A stretch of DNA of 44,183 nt. Origin: Escherichia phage Psq-1. Made by a program: the position numbers and the translations under genes. This document shows, in pieces, positions 9,156-18,575 of the stretch. Numbering within the stretch: the stretch's first letter is position 1; each line of letters opens with the position of its first letter. A model generated the notes under the pieces. It searched no databases, was not told where the DNA came from, and worked only from the letters and a program-made list of their open reading frames with translations. The stretch lies in sequence record PQ595991.1; one strand, given 5' to 3'.

Positions 9156-9920
9156 TTAGCGAGGAATGCCGCAAATCTCGTTGAGTGTTTTCACGTCCAG
9201 CGCCACTGCCGTGGATTTGGGCTTGTCCGTGTATGGGATGAATTGCTCGACTTCAGGCCATGCCTTAATCAGCTTCTTGTCTGTATTGTGCAGGTCCAGT
9301 ACACCGGTAACGGTGAGTTTGAACGCATCATACTTCGCGCGCAACTCGCGACGGGCTTTGTCGTTGCGGTCCAGGCGTTTGCAGAAATAATGATCTGCCG
9401 GGTAGTCTACGCGACCGCGAGGAAGATATATCGGCAACGCTTTCCCGTCCTCGTCCACTTCGCACACTGACGCTAACATAATTTCCTCATACCCAGGTAC
9501 GATATCACCGAGATCGGGCGAGAGATTATTCATATATTTCTCTTCCCAGTACCCGCGATGTATGCGGTGTTGGCGACCGTCGCCGCTCAATGACAAGGTG
9601 CGAACATTGCCGCCTGCGTTGATTTCAAAGGTGGCGTTATAGACGCTGCCGATACCCTTCGGGCGGTCGGAGTTATAACTATACGTCGCCTTGTTGGTGT
9701 ATACGCTGACGCCGTACATCTGCGACTGGTCATCGCGGATTAACAGGATATGCTCGCGTAGCGCGGCGAATGTGCGAATGCCGTCCGGCATACAGTCCAG
9801 CGTGATTGCGTACGCCAGGTCGCGAGAGTCCATCATGATTTGTTTGGCTTCGGTTGCGATTTCGTGGTCGCGCAGGATGTTAGCTAGGATCTGATTTTTA
9901 ATGTCTTTTGTCAGTCTCAT
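9156..9920 (-). CDS. hypothetical protein encoded antisense to the head module (254 aa)
   Basis: Start set at internal ATG 9920 with GAGGA 8 nt upstream; own upstream region with ATTGGTTGCA boxes and own terminator; no motif recognised. Confidence 0.5.
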   Translation of the reverse strand: MRLTKDIKNQILANILRDHEIATEAKQIMMDSRDLAYAITLDCMPDGIRTFAALREHILLIRDDQSQMYGVSVYTNKATYSYNSDRPKGIGSVYNATFEINAGGNVRTLSLSGDGRQHRIHRGYWEEKYMNNLSPDLGDIVPGYEEIMLASVCEVDEDGKALPIYLPRGRVDYPADHYFCKRLDRNDKARRELRAKYDAFKLTVTGVLDLHNTDKKLIKAWPEVEQFIPYTDKPKSTAVALDVKTLNEICGIPR

Positions 9921-10069
9921 TTTTGTGTCCTCATTGTTGGTGTGCAACCAATATAGCGCAACCAAGACAAGGATTGCAAGCTAATTTTGCGATTATTTTT
10001 ATCGCTGATAATATTAGAAGCGTGAAGTCGAGCGGGTGGCCTGCTCTGCCACAATCCCAGGGGGATAGC

Positions 10070-10774
10070 ATGAAACTTACTAAAGCAGAATATGACGCGT
10101 TGCCGGAAGGTATGAAGGCGCTTTTTGTTGCCGATGGTGACGGGTATAAATCAACGTTCATGACCGCCGAAGAAGTACAGGCGGAGATCAAGGGTCTGAA
10201 AGACAACAACGCGAAGCTGGTTAGCGAGAAGAAAGCAGAAGCCGAACGCCGCGCCGAAGCCGAGCGCCTTGCGAAAGAGAAAGAGGAAGCCGCCGCGCGC
10301 AAAAATGGCGACCTCGAAGCGATCGACAAGTCCTGGAAAGATAAGTTTGCAAAACACGAAGCAGACACATCGGGAAAAATCGAAGCCTACCGCAAGCAGA
10401 TCCACGATCTAACCATCGGCAGCGCTGCCAAAGATCTGGCGTCGAAGCTGTTCGGTAAGAATGCCGGAATCATGCAACGCCACGTTATGGACCGCCTCAC
10501 GCTGGAAGACGGCGAAGACGGCAGCTTAAAAGTGCGTGTCTTGCAGGATGGCAAACCGTCCGCGCTGACTATGGAAGAGCTTGAAAAAGAGTTCCGTAAT
10601 AACGCCGATTTTGCATCCGTCCTGGCTGGCACTCCAGCAGGCGGCGCTCCTAGCAAACCGACGCAGGTTGTCGAAGATGTGAAGTCAAAAATCACTATGG
10701 GCCATAGCTTCGGTATCACTGACTTGACGAAACAGGCCGGGGATATCATCGCTAAAATGGGCGACGACGAGTAA
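10070..10774 (+). CDS. head scaffolding protein (putative)
   Basis: ATG 10070 preceded by AGGGGGA; charged K/E/A-rich coiled-coil composition; immediately upstream of the major capsid gene. Confidence 0.6.
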   Translation: MKLTKAEYDALPEGMKALFVADGDGYKSTFMTAEEVQAEIKGLKDNNAKLVSEKKAEAERRAEAERLAKEKEEAAARKNGDLEAIDKSWKDKFAKHEADTSGKIEAYRKQIHDLTIGSAAKDLASKLFGKNAGIMQRHVMDRLTLEDGEDGSLKVRVLQDGKPSALTMEELEKEFRNNADFASVLAGTPAGGAPSKPTQVVEDVKSKITMGHSFGITDLTKQAGDIIAKMGDDE

Positions 10775-10778
10775 GCAG

Positions 10779-10804
10779 ATCGCCCGCGAAAGCGGGCGAT
10801 TTTG
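10779..10804 (+). terminator. weak terminator or RNA-stability hairpin
   Basis: Stem ATCGCCCGC / GCGGGCGAT with GAAA loop, followed by only TTTG. Confidence 0.35.
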
Positions 10805-10871
10805 CGAGCGCGTAAATCTAAGGTAACATTAACGACACTGAGCGAATGCTCACAACTCAAAGGATTCTAAT

Positions 10872-11972
10872 ATGTCTTTAACAGTGTTCCAGCGTAAACT
10901 CGTCACCGCGGTTACGCAAATGATCCCCGATAACCTGAACGTGTTCAACGCTGCCGCTAACGGCGCTGTTGTTCTCGGCACGGGTGAAGTGCTGAAGGAC
11001 GTTGTAGAAAAAATGTCCGTAGGCTTGATCGCCAACCTCGTTACCGACCGTAACGCATACGCCCCTGTCGGTACTCCAGCGACCGCAAAAGTGCTGGCGC
11101 GTATGCTGACCAACTCGGTTAACCTTTCCGCGAAAGTGGGTCCGGTAGCAATCACTAAGGCCATGATGGCTAAGATCGAAACCAACGTTAACAGCGTTGC
11201 GGCTGAGATTGCGGCACAGGCTACTCAAGCGATTATGCTGCATTACCTCAAAGCTGGTATCGGTGCGGGCAAAGCCGCTATTGAAAGCAACACAGCGGCA
11301 AACTACACCCAACCGGCGCGCGTTGACGGCGTTGGCGGTCGTACCTTCCCGACCCTGGCAGACTTCCCGCTGGCAGCTTCCAAGTTCGGCGATCAGGCGT
11401 CTTTGATTAAATCCTGGTTTATGGACGGCGTTACCTGGGCAAACTTCATCGCATACCAGGCGCTCCCATCTGCCGAGCAGGTATTCGCGATCGGCGATCT
11501 GCAGGTAATGGGCGACGGCCTGGGTCGCCGTTTCATTATCTCCGATGCCGCGGCTGACGCGATGGGCGCGGGTAAAATGCTGGGCCTGGTCCCTGGCGCG
11601 GTTGCAGTTACCACCAACGGCCTTGATATGCTGGCGCAGGAAAAAGGCGGTAACGAGAACATTGAGCGCTGGTGGCAGGGCGAGTTCGACTTCAACGTGG
11701 CTGTTAAAGGCTATCGACTGAAGGCGTCCGCTCGCACCCAGATCGAAGGTGTACGCTCGTTCAAACTGGACGATATCACCACTAAGGATAACTGGGAACT
11801 GGACCAGGGCCAGGTAGACAACGCACCGGCAACCGTTCAAGATGTTGGCGCGGTTGGTGACGGCGATACTAAAGGCCGTCGTAAAACCCAGGCTGCGCAG
11901 GCAGTGCCTACCCGTCACATCAAGGAAACGGCGGGCGTACTGGTTACGCTGACTGCGACTACCGCGTCTTAA
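10872..11972 (+). CDS. major capsid protein (putative)
   Basis: 366-aa ORF after the scaffold gene, followed by a strong terminator; call is by synteny. Confidence 0.7.
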   Translation: MSLTVFQRKLVTAVTQMIPDNLNVFNAAANGAVVLGTGEVLKDVVEKMSVGLIANLVTDRNAYAPVGTPATAKVLARMLTNSVNLSAKVGPVAITKAMMAKIETNVNSVAAEIAAQATQAIMLHYLKAGIGAGKAAIESNTAANYTQPARVDGVGGRTFPTLADFPLAASKFGDQASLIKSWFMDGVTWANFIAYQALPSAEQVFAIGDLQVMGDGLGRRFIISDAAADAMGAGKMLGLVPGAVAVTTNGLDMLAQEKGGNENIERWWQGEFDFNVAVKGYRLKASARTQIEGVRSFKLDDITTKDNWELDQGQVDNAPATVQDVGAVGDGDTKGRRKTQAAQAVPTRHIKETAGVLVTLTATTAS

Positions 11973-11991
11973 CGGGCGCACATCCCAAATG

Positions 11992-12016
11992 GGCGGGCTT
12001 ATGCCCGCCTTTTTTA
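11992..12016 (+). terminator. rho-independent terminator
   Basis: GGGCGGGC-TTAT-GCCCGCC hairpin followed by TTTTTT. Confidence 0.6.
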
Positions 12017-12030
12017 TAGGAGTGAATGAA

Positions 12031-12531
12031 ATGTATGGCGACCCGCAAACATTTGTCGATTATGCCGCGGCGCGAGGCGTTGAAGTCACGCTGAGCGATG
12101 CAACGCGACACCTTACCGTAGTTAATGACTTCCTTAACGGCATCAACTGGATCGGAGAACCCGCAGACCAGACCGGAATCGACGCATGGCCCCGCATAAA
12201 TTACCCATCGGACGGTAAGCCGGTGCGCGACACGCTCACTGAAGTTGTGGCAGTAGTGCCTGCAGGGCAGATCGTAGATTTTGCATCAATCCCCATTGCC
12301 GTCGAGCAAGCCGTTTACAGGTTGGCGATGTTGGTGGCGGACGAGGTCGATATTTCTCCTGTTGGCAGTGGTAAGGAGACTATCCGCGAAACTGTTGGCC
12401 CGATCACGATGGAATATGACCCTGCGACGATTGGTAGCGGTGTCTCGTTCCCGTGGTGGGATGGCTTGCTGGGCCACTGGATTGACTCCAACGGCAACGC
12501 AGCGGGTAATTTTGACGTATTCCGGGGGTGA
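12031..12531 (+). CDS. head-tail adaptor or head completion protein (putative)
   Basis: ATG 12031 preceded by AGGAGTG; position after the capsid gene. Product by synteny only. Confidence 0.4.
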   Translation: MYGDPQTFVDYAAARGVEVTLSDATRHLTVVNDFLNGINWIGEPADQTGIDAWPRINYPSDGKPVRDTLTEVVAVVPAGQIVDFASIPIAVEQAVYRLAMLVADEVDISPVGSGKETIRETVGPITMEYDPATIGSGVSFPWWDGLLGHWIDSNGNAAGNFDVFRG

Positions 12532-12629
12532 TATGAATCCTGCATTACTGGCGGCTATTATCGCCGCAAATACTAAACGCCAACCAGAACCGGAGCCAGC
12601 ACCAGAACCAGAACCACCGGTACCGGAGG

Positions 12630-12989
12630 ATGATAATGGCGGGCTTTAATTACGCAGGATTAAAGCGGAAAGTGAATCCGCTGATTAAAAAATTCGGCAT
12701 GACCGTTACGGTTACGCGTCCGGGGTCGGTTGACCGCGTAGACGGCGACGAAGTGGTAATCCCGCCAACGTCGTTCGACGTCATAGGTCTTCGCGAGGAG
12801 TACAAGCCTAGCGAGATCGACGGAACGCGTATCGTTGCTGGTGATGTGAAGTTTTTATGTCGGGCGGTTGAGCAATTGCGGGTGGGCGACATTGTTAGCC
12901 TGAACGGCACTGACTACCGGGTCGTCAACCCTAACCCACTGCAACCGGCTGGGACGACCATGCTGTTTCAACTACAGCTAAGGGGCTAA
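12630..12989 (+). CDS. head-tail joining protein (putative, 119 aa)
   Basis: Position in the connector gene block. Confidence 0.4.
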   Translation: MIMAGFNYAGLKRKVNPLIKKFGMTVTVTRPGSVDRVDGDEVVIPPTSFDVIGLREEYKPSEIDGTRIVAGDVKFLCRAVEQLRVGDIVSLNGTDYRVVNPNPLQPAGTTMLFQLQLRG

Positions 12990-12990
12990 C

Positions 12991-13584
12991 GTGGCTGAAG
13001 TCTACTCATTCGCCGCCACTATTGCTACGTGGGTGGATAAGACGAAGGAGAACAACGATAAGGCGGTGCGGGCGTACGGAATGCAAATACTCGGACGCCT
13101 TATTGAGATCTCCCCGGTGGGCGACCCTCGCCGGTGGAAAATTAACAGGGCTTACGCGCTGGCCCGCCAGCACGCGAACAAGGTGAACGCCGCGCAGCGT
13201 CGCAAGAATGGCGGCAAACTGAAGCGCGGGCAGAAAAAGCACGCCAGCGTGCTGGTATCATTCAAGACTAAAAACGGCAACGTCACGTTCCGCCAGCGTG
13301 GCTGGGCTGCGAAGAATTACACCGGCGGACGCTTCCGGGGAAACTGGCAGGTTACGTTCGACCGACCGGCGGTTGGCGCTATCGACCGCGTGGACAAGGC
13401 CGGAACGGCAACATTAGCCGCTGGGCGTGAAGTGCTGGCGCATTACGATTCCGGTGAATACGGGTCGATCTGGTTTACTAACAACGTGCCATACGCGCAG
13501 CGACTTGAGTATGGCTGGAGTAAACAAGCGCCTGCGGGGATTGTTCGCGTCGTAGCGGCAGAAATTAATTCTAAGGTGAAATAA
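12991..13584 (+). CDS. neck/tail component (HK97 gp10-like position)
   Basis: GTG start after AAGGGGC; 197 aa; synteny. Confidence 0.4.
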   Translation: MAEVYSFAATIATWVDKTKENNDKAVRAYGMQILGRLIEISPVGDPRRWKINRAYALARQHANKVNAAQRRKNGGKLKRGQKKHASVLVSFKTKNGNVTFRQRGWAAKNYTGGRFRGNWQVTFDRPAVGAIDRVDKAGTATLAAGREVLAHYDSGEYGSIWFTNNVPYAQRLEYGWSKQAPAGIVRVVAAEINSKVK

Positions 13585-14006
13585 TGAGCAATACTCTAAT
13601 CCGCAAGGCGCTTAACCGCGTGGTTGAAGAATTAGCGGTTAGCCTGAGCACTAGCCAGCGTCCGATCCAGGTTAACTGGGAGAACGTGAGCGGCGACCAC
13701 GCTAACGGCAATGGTGTATACCTGGAGCCGTACTTGCTACCGGCCCCGACCCAGTTTGTTGGCTTTCAGCAGAAAGGCCGGATCTATGCAGGCGTTTATC
13801 AGGTTGCAGTAGTGTTTCCCGCGGGCACGGGGACACAGTACGCGAGCGAACTGGCGGACTCCATCGCCACGTCGGATAAGTGGCAGGCAGTCAAGATCGC
13901 TGGCGCAGCGTTCCAGCTTCAGGACGCGCCATACACCAGTTCCGTGATTGAGGATGTAGACCGCGCACGCATCGTGGTTACAGTCCCCTACACATGTTGC
14001 GCCTGA
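13584..14006 (+). CDS. tail completion protein (putative, 140 aa)
   Basis: ATGA-overlapped ORF immediately before the major tail gene. Confidence 0.4.
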   Translation: MSNTLIRKALNRVVEELAVSLSTSQRPIQVNWENVSGDHANGNGVYLEPYLLPAPTQFVGFQQKGRIYAGVYQVAVVFPAGTGTQYASELADSIATSDKWQAVKIAGAAFQLQDAPYTSSVIEDVDRARIVVTVPYTCCA

Positions 14007-14067
14007 TTTGGCGCTATTCTGCGCGTGCTGTATCATTGAACCGTATATCTAAACAGGAGCGTTCATT

Positions 14068-14793
14068 ATGGGTTATCAACTTCCTAACGGGTCCAGCGTC
14101 CAGATTGGGTCCGTACTGGGCAACGGTATCGCTGTTACGGCAGCTACCAACGCCGCCGCGTCGATCTCTGATCTTACGAAAGGGTGCGTTATCACCTGCG
14201 CGGCTTCTCATGGCTTGAAAGTTGGCGACGTGGTTATGTTCACTAAAACCCCGTGGGTCCGTGCGCTGAACCGCGCGTTCATCGTGGGTAAAGTGGCGAC
14301 TAACGACGTTACACTGGCGCGCTTCGATACTCAAGACGTCACCAAATATCCTGCCGGTGCTTTTGGGGCGGGAACCCCAGGCGAAGTGGTGAAAGTGTCG
14401 AATTTTATCGACTTCCCGTATATCACTAACGTTGCCGTGTCGGGTGGCGACCAGCAGACCACCACCTTCCAGCCGTTGCAGGTGAATACCGCGATCAGTC
14501 TGAACACCACGAAAAACCCGTTGGTACAGACCTACACATTCACCCACGACGAAGAAGACCCGATCCGCCCGATTCTGGAAGACCTGGACGACACACAGAA
14601 AACCACTGTGATTAAGTTCACTAACCCGGCAGCGGCAAGCGGCAAAGGTGAGATCCGCATTTACCCGGCTAAGGTGTCTTTCCAGAAGATTCCATCTGCT
14701 GAAGTAAACAACGTGGAGACAGTGGAGTCCACTCTGACCATGCAATCCGATATGGTTATTTACCGTAAGGACCTGGTTGAAGCGCTGTCGTAA
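14068..14793 (+). CDS. major tail protein
   Basis: 241-aa ORF with strong RBS (CAGGAG), directly upstream of the G/GT chaperone pair and followed by a terminator. Confidence 0.65.
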   Translation: MGYQLPNGSSVQIGSVLGNGIAVTAATNAAASISDLTKGCVITCAASHGLKVGDVVMFTKTPWVRALNRAFIVGKVATNDVTLARFDTQDVTKYPAGAFGAGTPGEVVKVSNFIDFPYITNVAVSGGDQQTTTFQPLQVNTAISLNTTKNPLVQTYTFTHDEEDPIRPILEDLDDTQKTTVIKFTNPAAASGKGEIRIYPAKVSFQKIPSAEVNNVETVESTLTMQSDMVIYRKDLVEALS

Positions 14794-14823
14794 TTTGGTC
14801 GCTTAAATAGCGGGTGTTAATAT

Positions 14824-14846
14824 GGGGCCAGTACGGCCCCTTTTTT
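14824..14846 (+). terminator. rho-independent terminator
   Basis: GGGGCC-AGTA-CGGCCCC hairpin then TTTTTT. Confidence 0.6.
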
Positions 14847-14862
14847 ATTGGAGAATACTACA

Positions 14863-15225
14863 ATGGCAAAAGCACCACTCTTCACACTTGACCCTAAGCC
14901 GACCTTTAAGCTGCCGATTGAGATCCCGCGCCCCGGTGAAAACGAACCGGGGAAAATGACGTTTACCGTGCGCCACCGCCCGATCGACGAATTTTCGCAG
15001 ACCATGCAGGATACTGAGCGCAAGTTGTCGGAGTATGACGACAATGACCCTGACGGCTTTAACGTTATGGTCGAGGCCATCATGCACGTCGCAGAAGGCT
15101 GGAATCTACCAGACGAATTTAACGCGGAGAACGTCCGCCGCCTGGTGGTCAACTATCCGCGCGCGTTCGGCGTGTTCCACACTTCGTACTATCTCGAACT
15201 GATGGGATTGCGTGAAAAAAACTAA
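14863..15225 (+). CDS. tail assembly chaperone (lambda G-like)
   Basis: 121-aa ORF between the major tail and tape-measure genes, ending in the slippery heptamer A_AAA_AAC. Start at ATG 14863 (GGAG upstream). Confidence 0.65.
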   Translation: MAKAPLFTLDPKPTFKLPIEIPRPGENEPGKMTFTVRHRPIDEFSQTMQDTERKLSEYDDNDPDGFNVMVEAIMHVAEGWNLPDEFNAENVRRLVVNYPRAFGVFHTSYYLELMGLREKN

Positions 15226-15539
15226 TTGAGGCGGCGCGACGCTTTTATGGCCCGCCGCCACCATCCGAAGATTTAGCCGCGAGTTTATGGGGCGCGACCC
15301 CTGAAGACGTTTGCCCTCCGGTTGCACTATGGCCTGACAATGCGAAGGTAGTCGCAGTCTTCACAGATTGCTCCACGCAATGGCGTACCGGATTCGGTGG
15401 CGCATACGGCATCGACTACGGCGTACTGGAATGGTTATTTAATATGCACGGCATCGAAAACGCGCAACGTGCGTTTAAAGATATCAAGCTAATGGAACGC
15501 GTTGCGCTGGATGAAATGGCGCGGCAGAACCCCGCATAA
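14863..15539 (+). CDS. tail assembly chaperone frameshift product (lambda GT-like), -1 shift at 15216-15222
   Basis: The -1 frame is open, without an ATG, from the slippery site to TAA 15537-15539 and encodes ...AYGIDYGVLEWLFNMHGIENAQRAFKDIKLMERVALDEMARQNPA. A 7-bp GC stem (15230-15236 / 15253-15259) lies 7 nt downstream of the heptamer. Confidence 0.55.
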
Positions 15540-15540
15540 C

Positions 15541-15870
15541 GGAGCGGGACAGGCGGGACGTCCCGTTTTGTCACGCACCTCTAAAACTGCATATTTACTC
15601 ACCACAATTGCATAAACTAAAAGCGGGACAGGCGGGACGTCCCGTTTTGTCCCACCCCCAAAATGTGAATGTCTATTCAGTTTTAGTGCATAAAGTAAGC
15701 GGGACAAAAAGCGGGACAAACCAGGGGCGGGACAAAGTGGGACAGCACCCCCGTCCCCGTCAGTGCTGCCGCGGGTTTTAGCCGATCGGGACAGGCGGGA
15801 CAAACCCCAGTCTTTCAGACTAGACGGGGGTCAGTTGGCCCCCTCGTCTGAGACTGAATAAGGTTTGTTT
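15541..15870. repeat. iteron-like repeat element, copy A
   Basis: About 12 GCGGGACA/GGGACA boxes, two 30-bp direct repeats (15543-15572, 15622-15651) each holding the palindrome CGGGACGTCCCG, TGCATAAA boxes, and a GC-rich inverted repeat (15808-15856). Segment 15687-15861 recurs at 43050-43222. Confidence 0.6.
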
Positions 15871-15924
15871 TAAATTCGCTGATACAATGACCGACGGCAA
15901 CTGCATAAAAAGGGGGACTGCATA

Positions 15925-18567
15925 ATGGCAGATCAGGCAGCGGGCATCACGCTCAAGGCGGACGTCGCGCAAATTAAAACGGCTAATACTGTGCTGGACA
16001 CATTTGCGCAGAAATCCGAGAACACAGAACAGAAAGTAAAGAAATTAAACGACACACTCGGCAAGTCGAAAAAGGTTACTGGCGACGCCGCTGGCGGAAT
16101 GGAAAAGTTAGCGACTGAATCGCAGCGCGCCGCCGACGGCATGACGAAACAGGAGCGACTCGCCAGCCGATTAGGCATGTCGACCAAAAACCTGGGATTT
16201 GCATCGCGTAACGCCGCATTCCAGTTACAGGATATCGCGGTTACGCTTGAGATGGGTATGCCGGTGCACCGCGTCATGCTTCAGCAGCTACCACAGCTAA
16301 CCGGCGCATTTGGCGGACTGGGTAACACGCTGCGTTATGTTGCAGGATTCCTCGGCCCAGTAGGGATCGGACTTGCTGCCGTAACGGCGACGTTAGGCGT
16401 GGGCGTGGCAATTACGTCACGGGCAGAGAACCAGGTAGCCGCGCTTAATAAGACGCTGGCGCTGTCCGGTAATATCTCCGGCCTCACAGCTAACCAGATC
16501 CTGGTGCTGTCCGAGAACGCTGAGCGAATGGGCGGGTCATTTCGCAAGACGCGTGACACAATCCAGGCGCTGGCGGCGGCGGGTGTGAAAGCGGGTGGTG
16601 ACTTCGGCGCATTGGCTAAGGTAGTTAATGACTTTGCGAAGGTGTCCAGCCAGCCGATCGAGGATGTGGTGGCGGCGGTGGCGAAGCTGTCAACCGACCC
16701 CGTTGGCGGACTGCGTGCGCTGGCGGATAAGTATCACGTCGTAAACGAAGCGCAGATCCAGCAGGTACAGTCGCTCGTTGATGCGGGTCGTGAGACAGAC
16801 GCAGTTGCGCTGGCTAACAAAACAGCCGCTGCGTCGTTCACCAGCATGACCAATGAGATCAAGGCGAACATGGGTACGCTTGAGCGATCTATGAACGTCG
16901 TCACATCGGCAGCCAAATCAATGTGGGATGCCATCCTGGATGTGGGCCGCGCGCAGTCCTCCAATGAATCCGAGATGAAAGCGCGCGAATCACTGCAGCG
17001 GCTGACCACAGCTTACTATGCCGAGATGAAAGCGGTAAACGCTGCCGGTGGGGTAATGACTGAAGCGCAGAAAGCACGTATTAACATGCTTTACAGCGAA
17101 CTGGTCGCCCAGGAAAAAGTGGTGGCGTCGCTCACCCTTCGTAACCGTGCTGAGCGAGACAACGCCCGCGCCGCAGACGAATCCGCAAAGGCGAACGAGG
17201 AGGCCAACCGCACTGCCCGTGACCGCGCCGCGTTCGAGAAGGAATACGCCACCAACGCTAAGAAGCGCGCCGACGAGATCGCCCGCCTCAATTTGCTGAA
17301 TAAGCGTGGTGTTATTGACGAGAAAGAGCTTGCCGAGGCGGTGAAGCAGGTAAACGAGCGTTACAAAGACCCCGCCCCGAAGAAGGCCGCGGCTGTTCGC
17401 GTGGATGCCGGTATGAAAATGCTGGAAGTCGCACGGAGCGAACTGGCCCAGCTTCGAGAATCCGGCAAGCAGATCGAAGCCAACGCGTCTACGCAGACCC
17501 GCACGCAACGCGCTCAAGCGGCCTTAAACAAGCTGATCGCCGATAATGAGCAGTTAATCGCTGCGAGCAAAGAAAGAGCGCTAACGGCAGCAGAAAAGCA
17601 GCAATTAGTTGAGTTCGGGCGCGTGAAGGAAGTCCGCGAGCAGATCGTCGAAGAAGCCAAATTGCTGGATGCGAAAGAGCAGCAGGTTAAGGCGCACGCG
17701 CAGATCGATGCCTTCGTTAAGAACCAGAACGCCGAACTAAAAGCCACCGCCGCGGGGTATGCGCTTTCCACTCGCGAAGCGGCAAACCTGCGCGAAGAAT
17801 TGCAGCTAATTGACCGCCTGAAGCGGGTTGGCGCTAACGATACCGATATTGACAAGGCGGTGTCTAAGCTGCGAGAAGTGCAGGAAGCACAGACCGGCGC
17901 TAACGCCTCGTTATGGGATGGATTCAGTCGCGGGCTTAAGGATAGCGTGGATGAGATGGGTAACGGATATACGCAGATGGCGTCTCTCACGAAATTCACA
18001 TTCAGCGCTATGCAGGACACGATGAACGAGTTTTTCGAGACTGGCAAGCTGAACGCAAAGGATATGGTTAAGTCCATCCTGCGCGAATTAATCAAGCTGG
18101 CTACCTCGCAGGCGTTCAAGTCCATCGTTAGCGCTTTCGGTGGTGACGGCGGCAAAAACGGATTGTTCGGCGCTATCTTCTCTGGCCTTACTAAGAATGC
18201 GGACGGCGGAGCGTACGCAGGAGGCAATCTCGCGGCCTATTCGGGGAAAGTGGTAAGCCAGCCTACCTTTTTCAGTTATGGCGTCCAGGCGTTCGCTAAG
18301 GGCGCTGGGTTGATGGGTGAGGCTGGACCCGAGGCCATCATGCCACTGAAGCGCGGGCCGGACGGGAAACTGGGCGTTGCCGCGTCTGGCGCAGGCGGTG
18401 GTATGGTCGTGACGACTAACGTTTACACGGGGACCGGTAAGACGGATACCAGTGTGAGCGGACCGGACCCACGCACCGCGCAGGCGTTCGGAAAGCAAAT
18501 CACCGAGTCGGTCAAGGCCGAGATTGTGAAGGCGACGAAACCGGGTGGTGTACTTTACAAACGATGA
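15925..18567 (+). CDS. tail tape measure protein (880 aa)
   Basis: Long alpha-helical, A/E/K/Q-rich ORF with Gly-rich C-terminal region, downstream of the G/GT chaperone. Confidence 0.85.
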   Translation: MADQAAGITLKADVAQIKTANTVLDTFAQKSENTEQKVKKLNDTLGKSKKVTGDAAGGMEKLATESQRAADGMTKQERLASRLGMSTKNLGFASRNAAFQLQDIAVTLEMGMPVHRVMLQQLPQLTGAFGGLGNTLRYVAGFLGPVGIGLAAVTATLGVGVAITSRAENQVAALNKTLALSGNISGLTANQILVLSENAERMGGSFRKTRDTIQALAAAGVKAGGDFGALAKVVNDFAKVSSQPIEDVVAAVAKLSTDPVGGLRALADKYHVVNEAQIQQVQSLVDAGRETDAVALANKTAAASFTSMTNEIKANMGTLERSMNVVTSAAKSMWDAILDVGRAQSSNESEMKARESLQRLTTAYYAEMKAVNAAGGVMTEAQKARINMLYSELVAQEKVVASLTLRNRAERDNARAADESAKANEEANRTARDRAAFEKEYATNAKKRADEIARLNLLNKRGVIDEKELAEAVKQVNERYKDPAPKKAAAVRVDAGMKMLEVARSELAQLRESGKQIEANASTQTRTQRAQAALNKLIADNEQLIAASKERALTAAEKQQLVEFGRVKEVREQIVEEAKLLDAKEQQVKAHAQIDAFVKNQNAELKATAAGYALSTREAANLREELQLIDRLKRVGANDTDIDKAVSKLREVQEAQTGANASLWDGFSRGLKDSVDEMGNGYTQMASLTKFTFSAMQDTMNEFFETGKLNAKDMVKSILRELIKLATSQAFKSIVSAFGGDGGKNGLFGAIFSGLTKNADGGAYAGGNLAAYSGKVVSQPTFFSYGVQAFAKGAGLMGEAGPEAIMPLKRGPDGKLGVAASGAGGGMVVTTNVYTGTGKTDTSVSGPDPRTAQAFGKQITESVKAEIVKATKPGGVLYKR

Positions 18568-18575
18568 TAAAATGG

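Noticed and set aside
10878-11981. 367-aa minus-strand ORF antisense to the major capsid gene
   Set aside because: Shadow ORF spanning a well-supported plus-strand structural gene; no independent signals.
12533-12649. 38-codon ORF (MNPALLAAIIAANTKRQPEPEPAPEPEPPVPEDDNGGL) between connector genes
   Set aside because: Possible small protein, but no clear RBS and it overlaps the next gene start; not enough support to call.
15489-15803. 104-aa minus-strand ORF inside the iteron region
   Set aside because: Lies entirely within the GCGGGACA repeat array; its composition is dictated by the repeats and it has no RBS or context.
15541-15870. Possible CRISPR array suggested by the repeated GCGGGACA units
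   Set aside because: Units are only 8 nt, irregularly spaced and partly inverted; there are no 25-40-nt repeats with unique spacers and no cas genes.
17514-18227. 237-aa minus-strand ORF inside the tape-measure gene
   Set aside because: Antisense to an 880-aa ORF of clear function; low-complexity Ser/Ala composition typical of a shadow frame.
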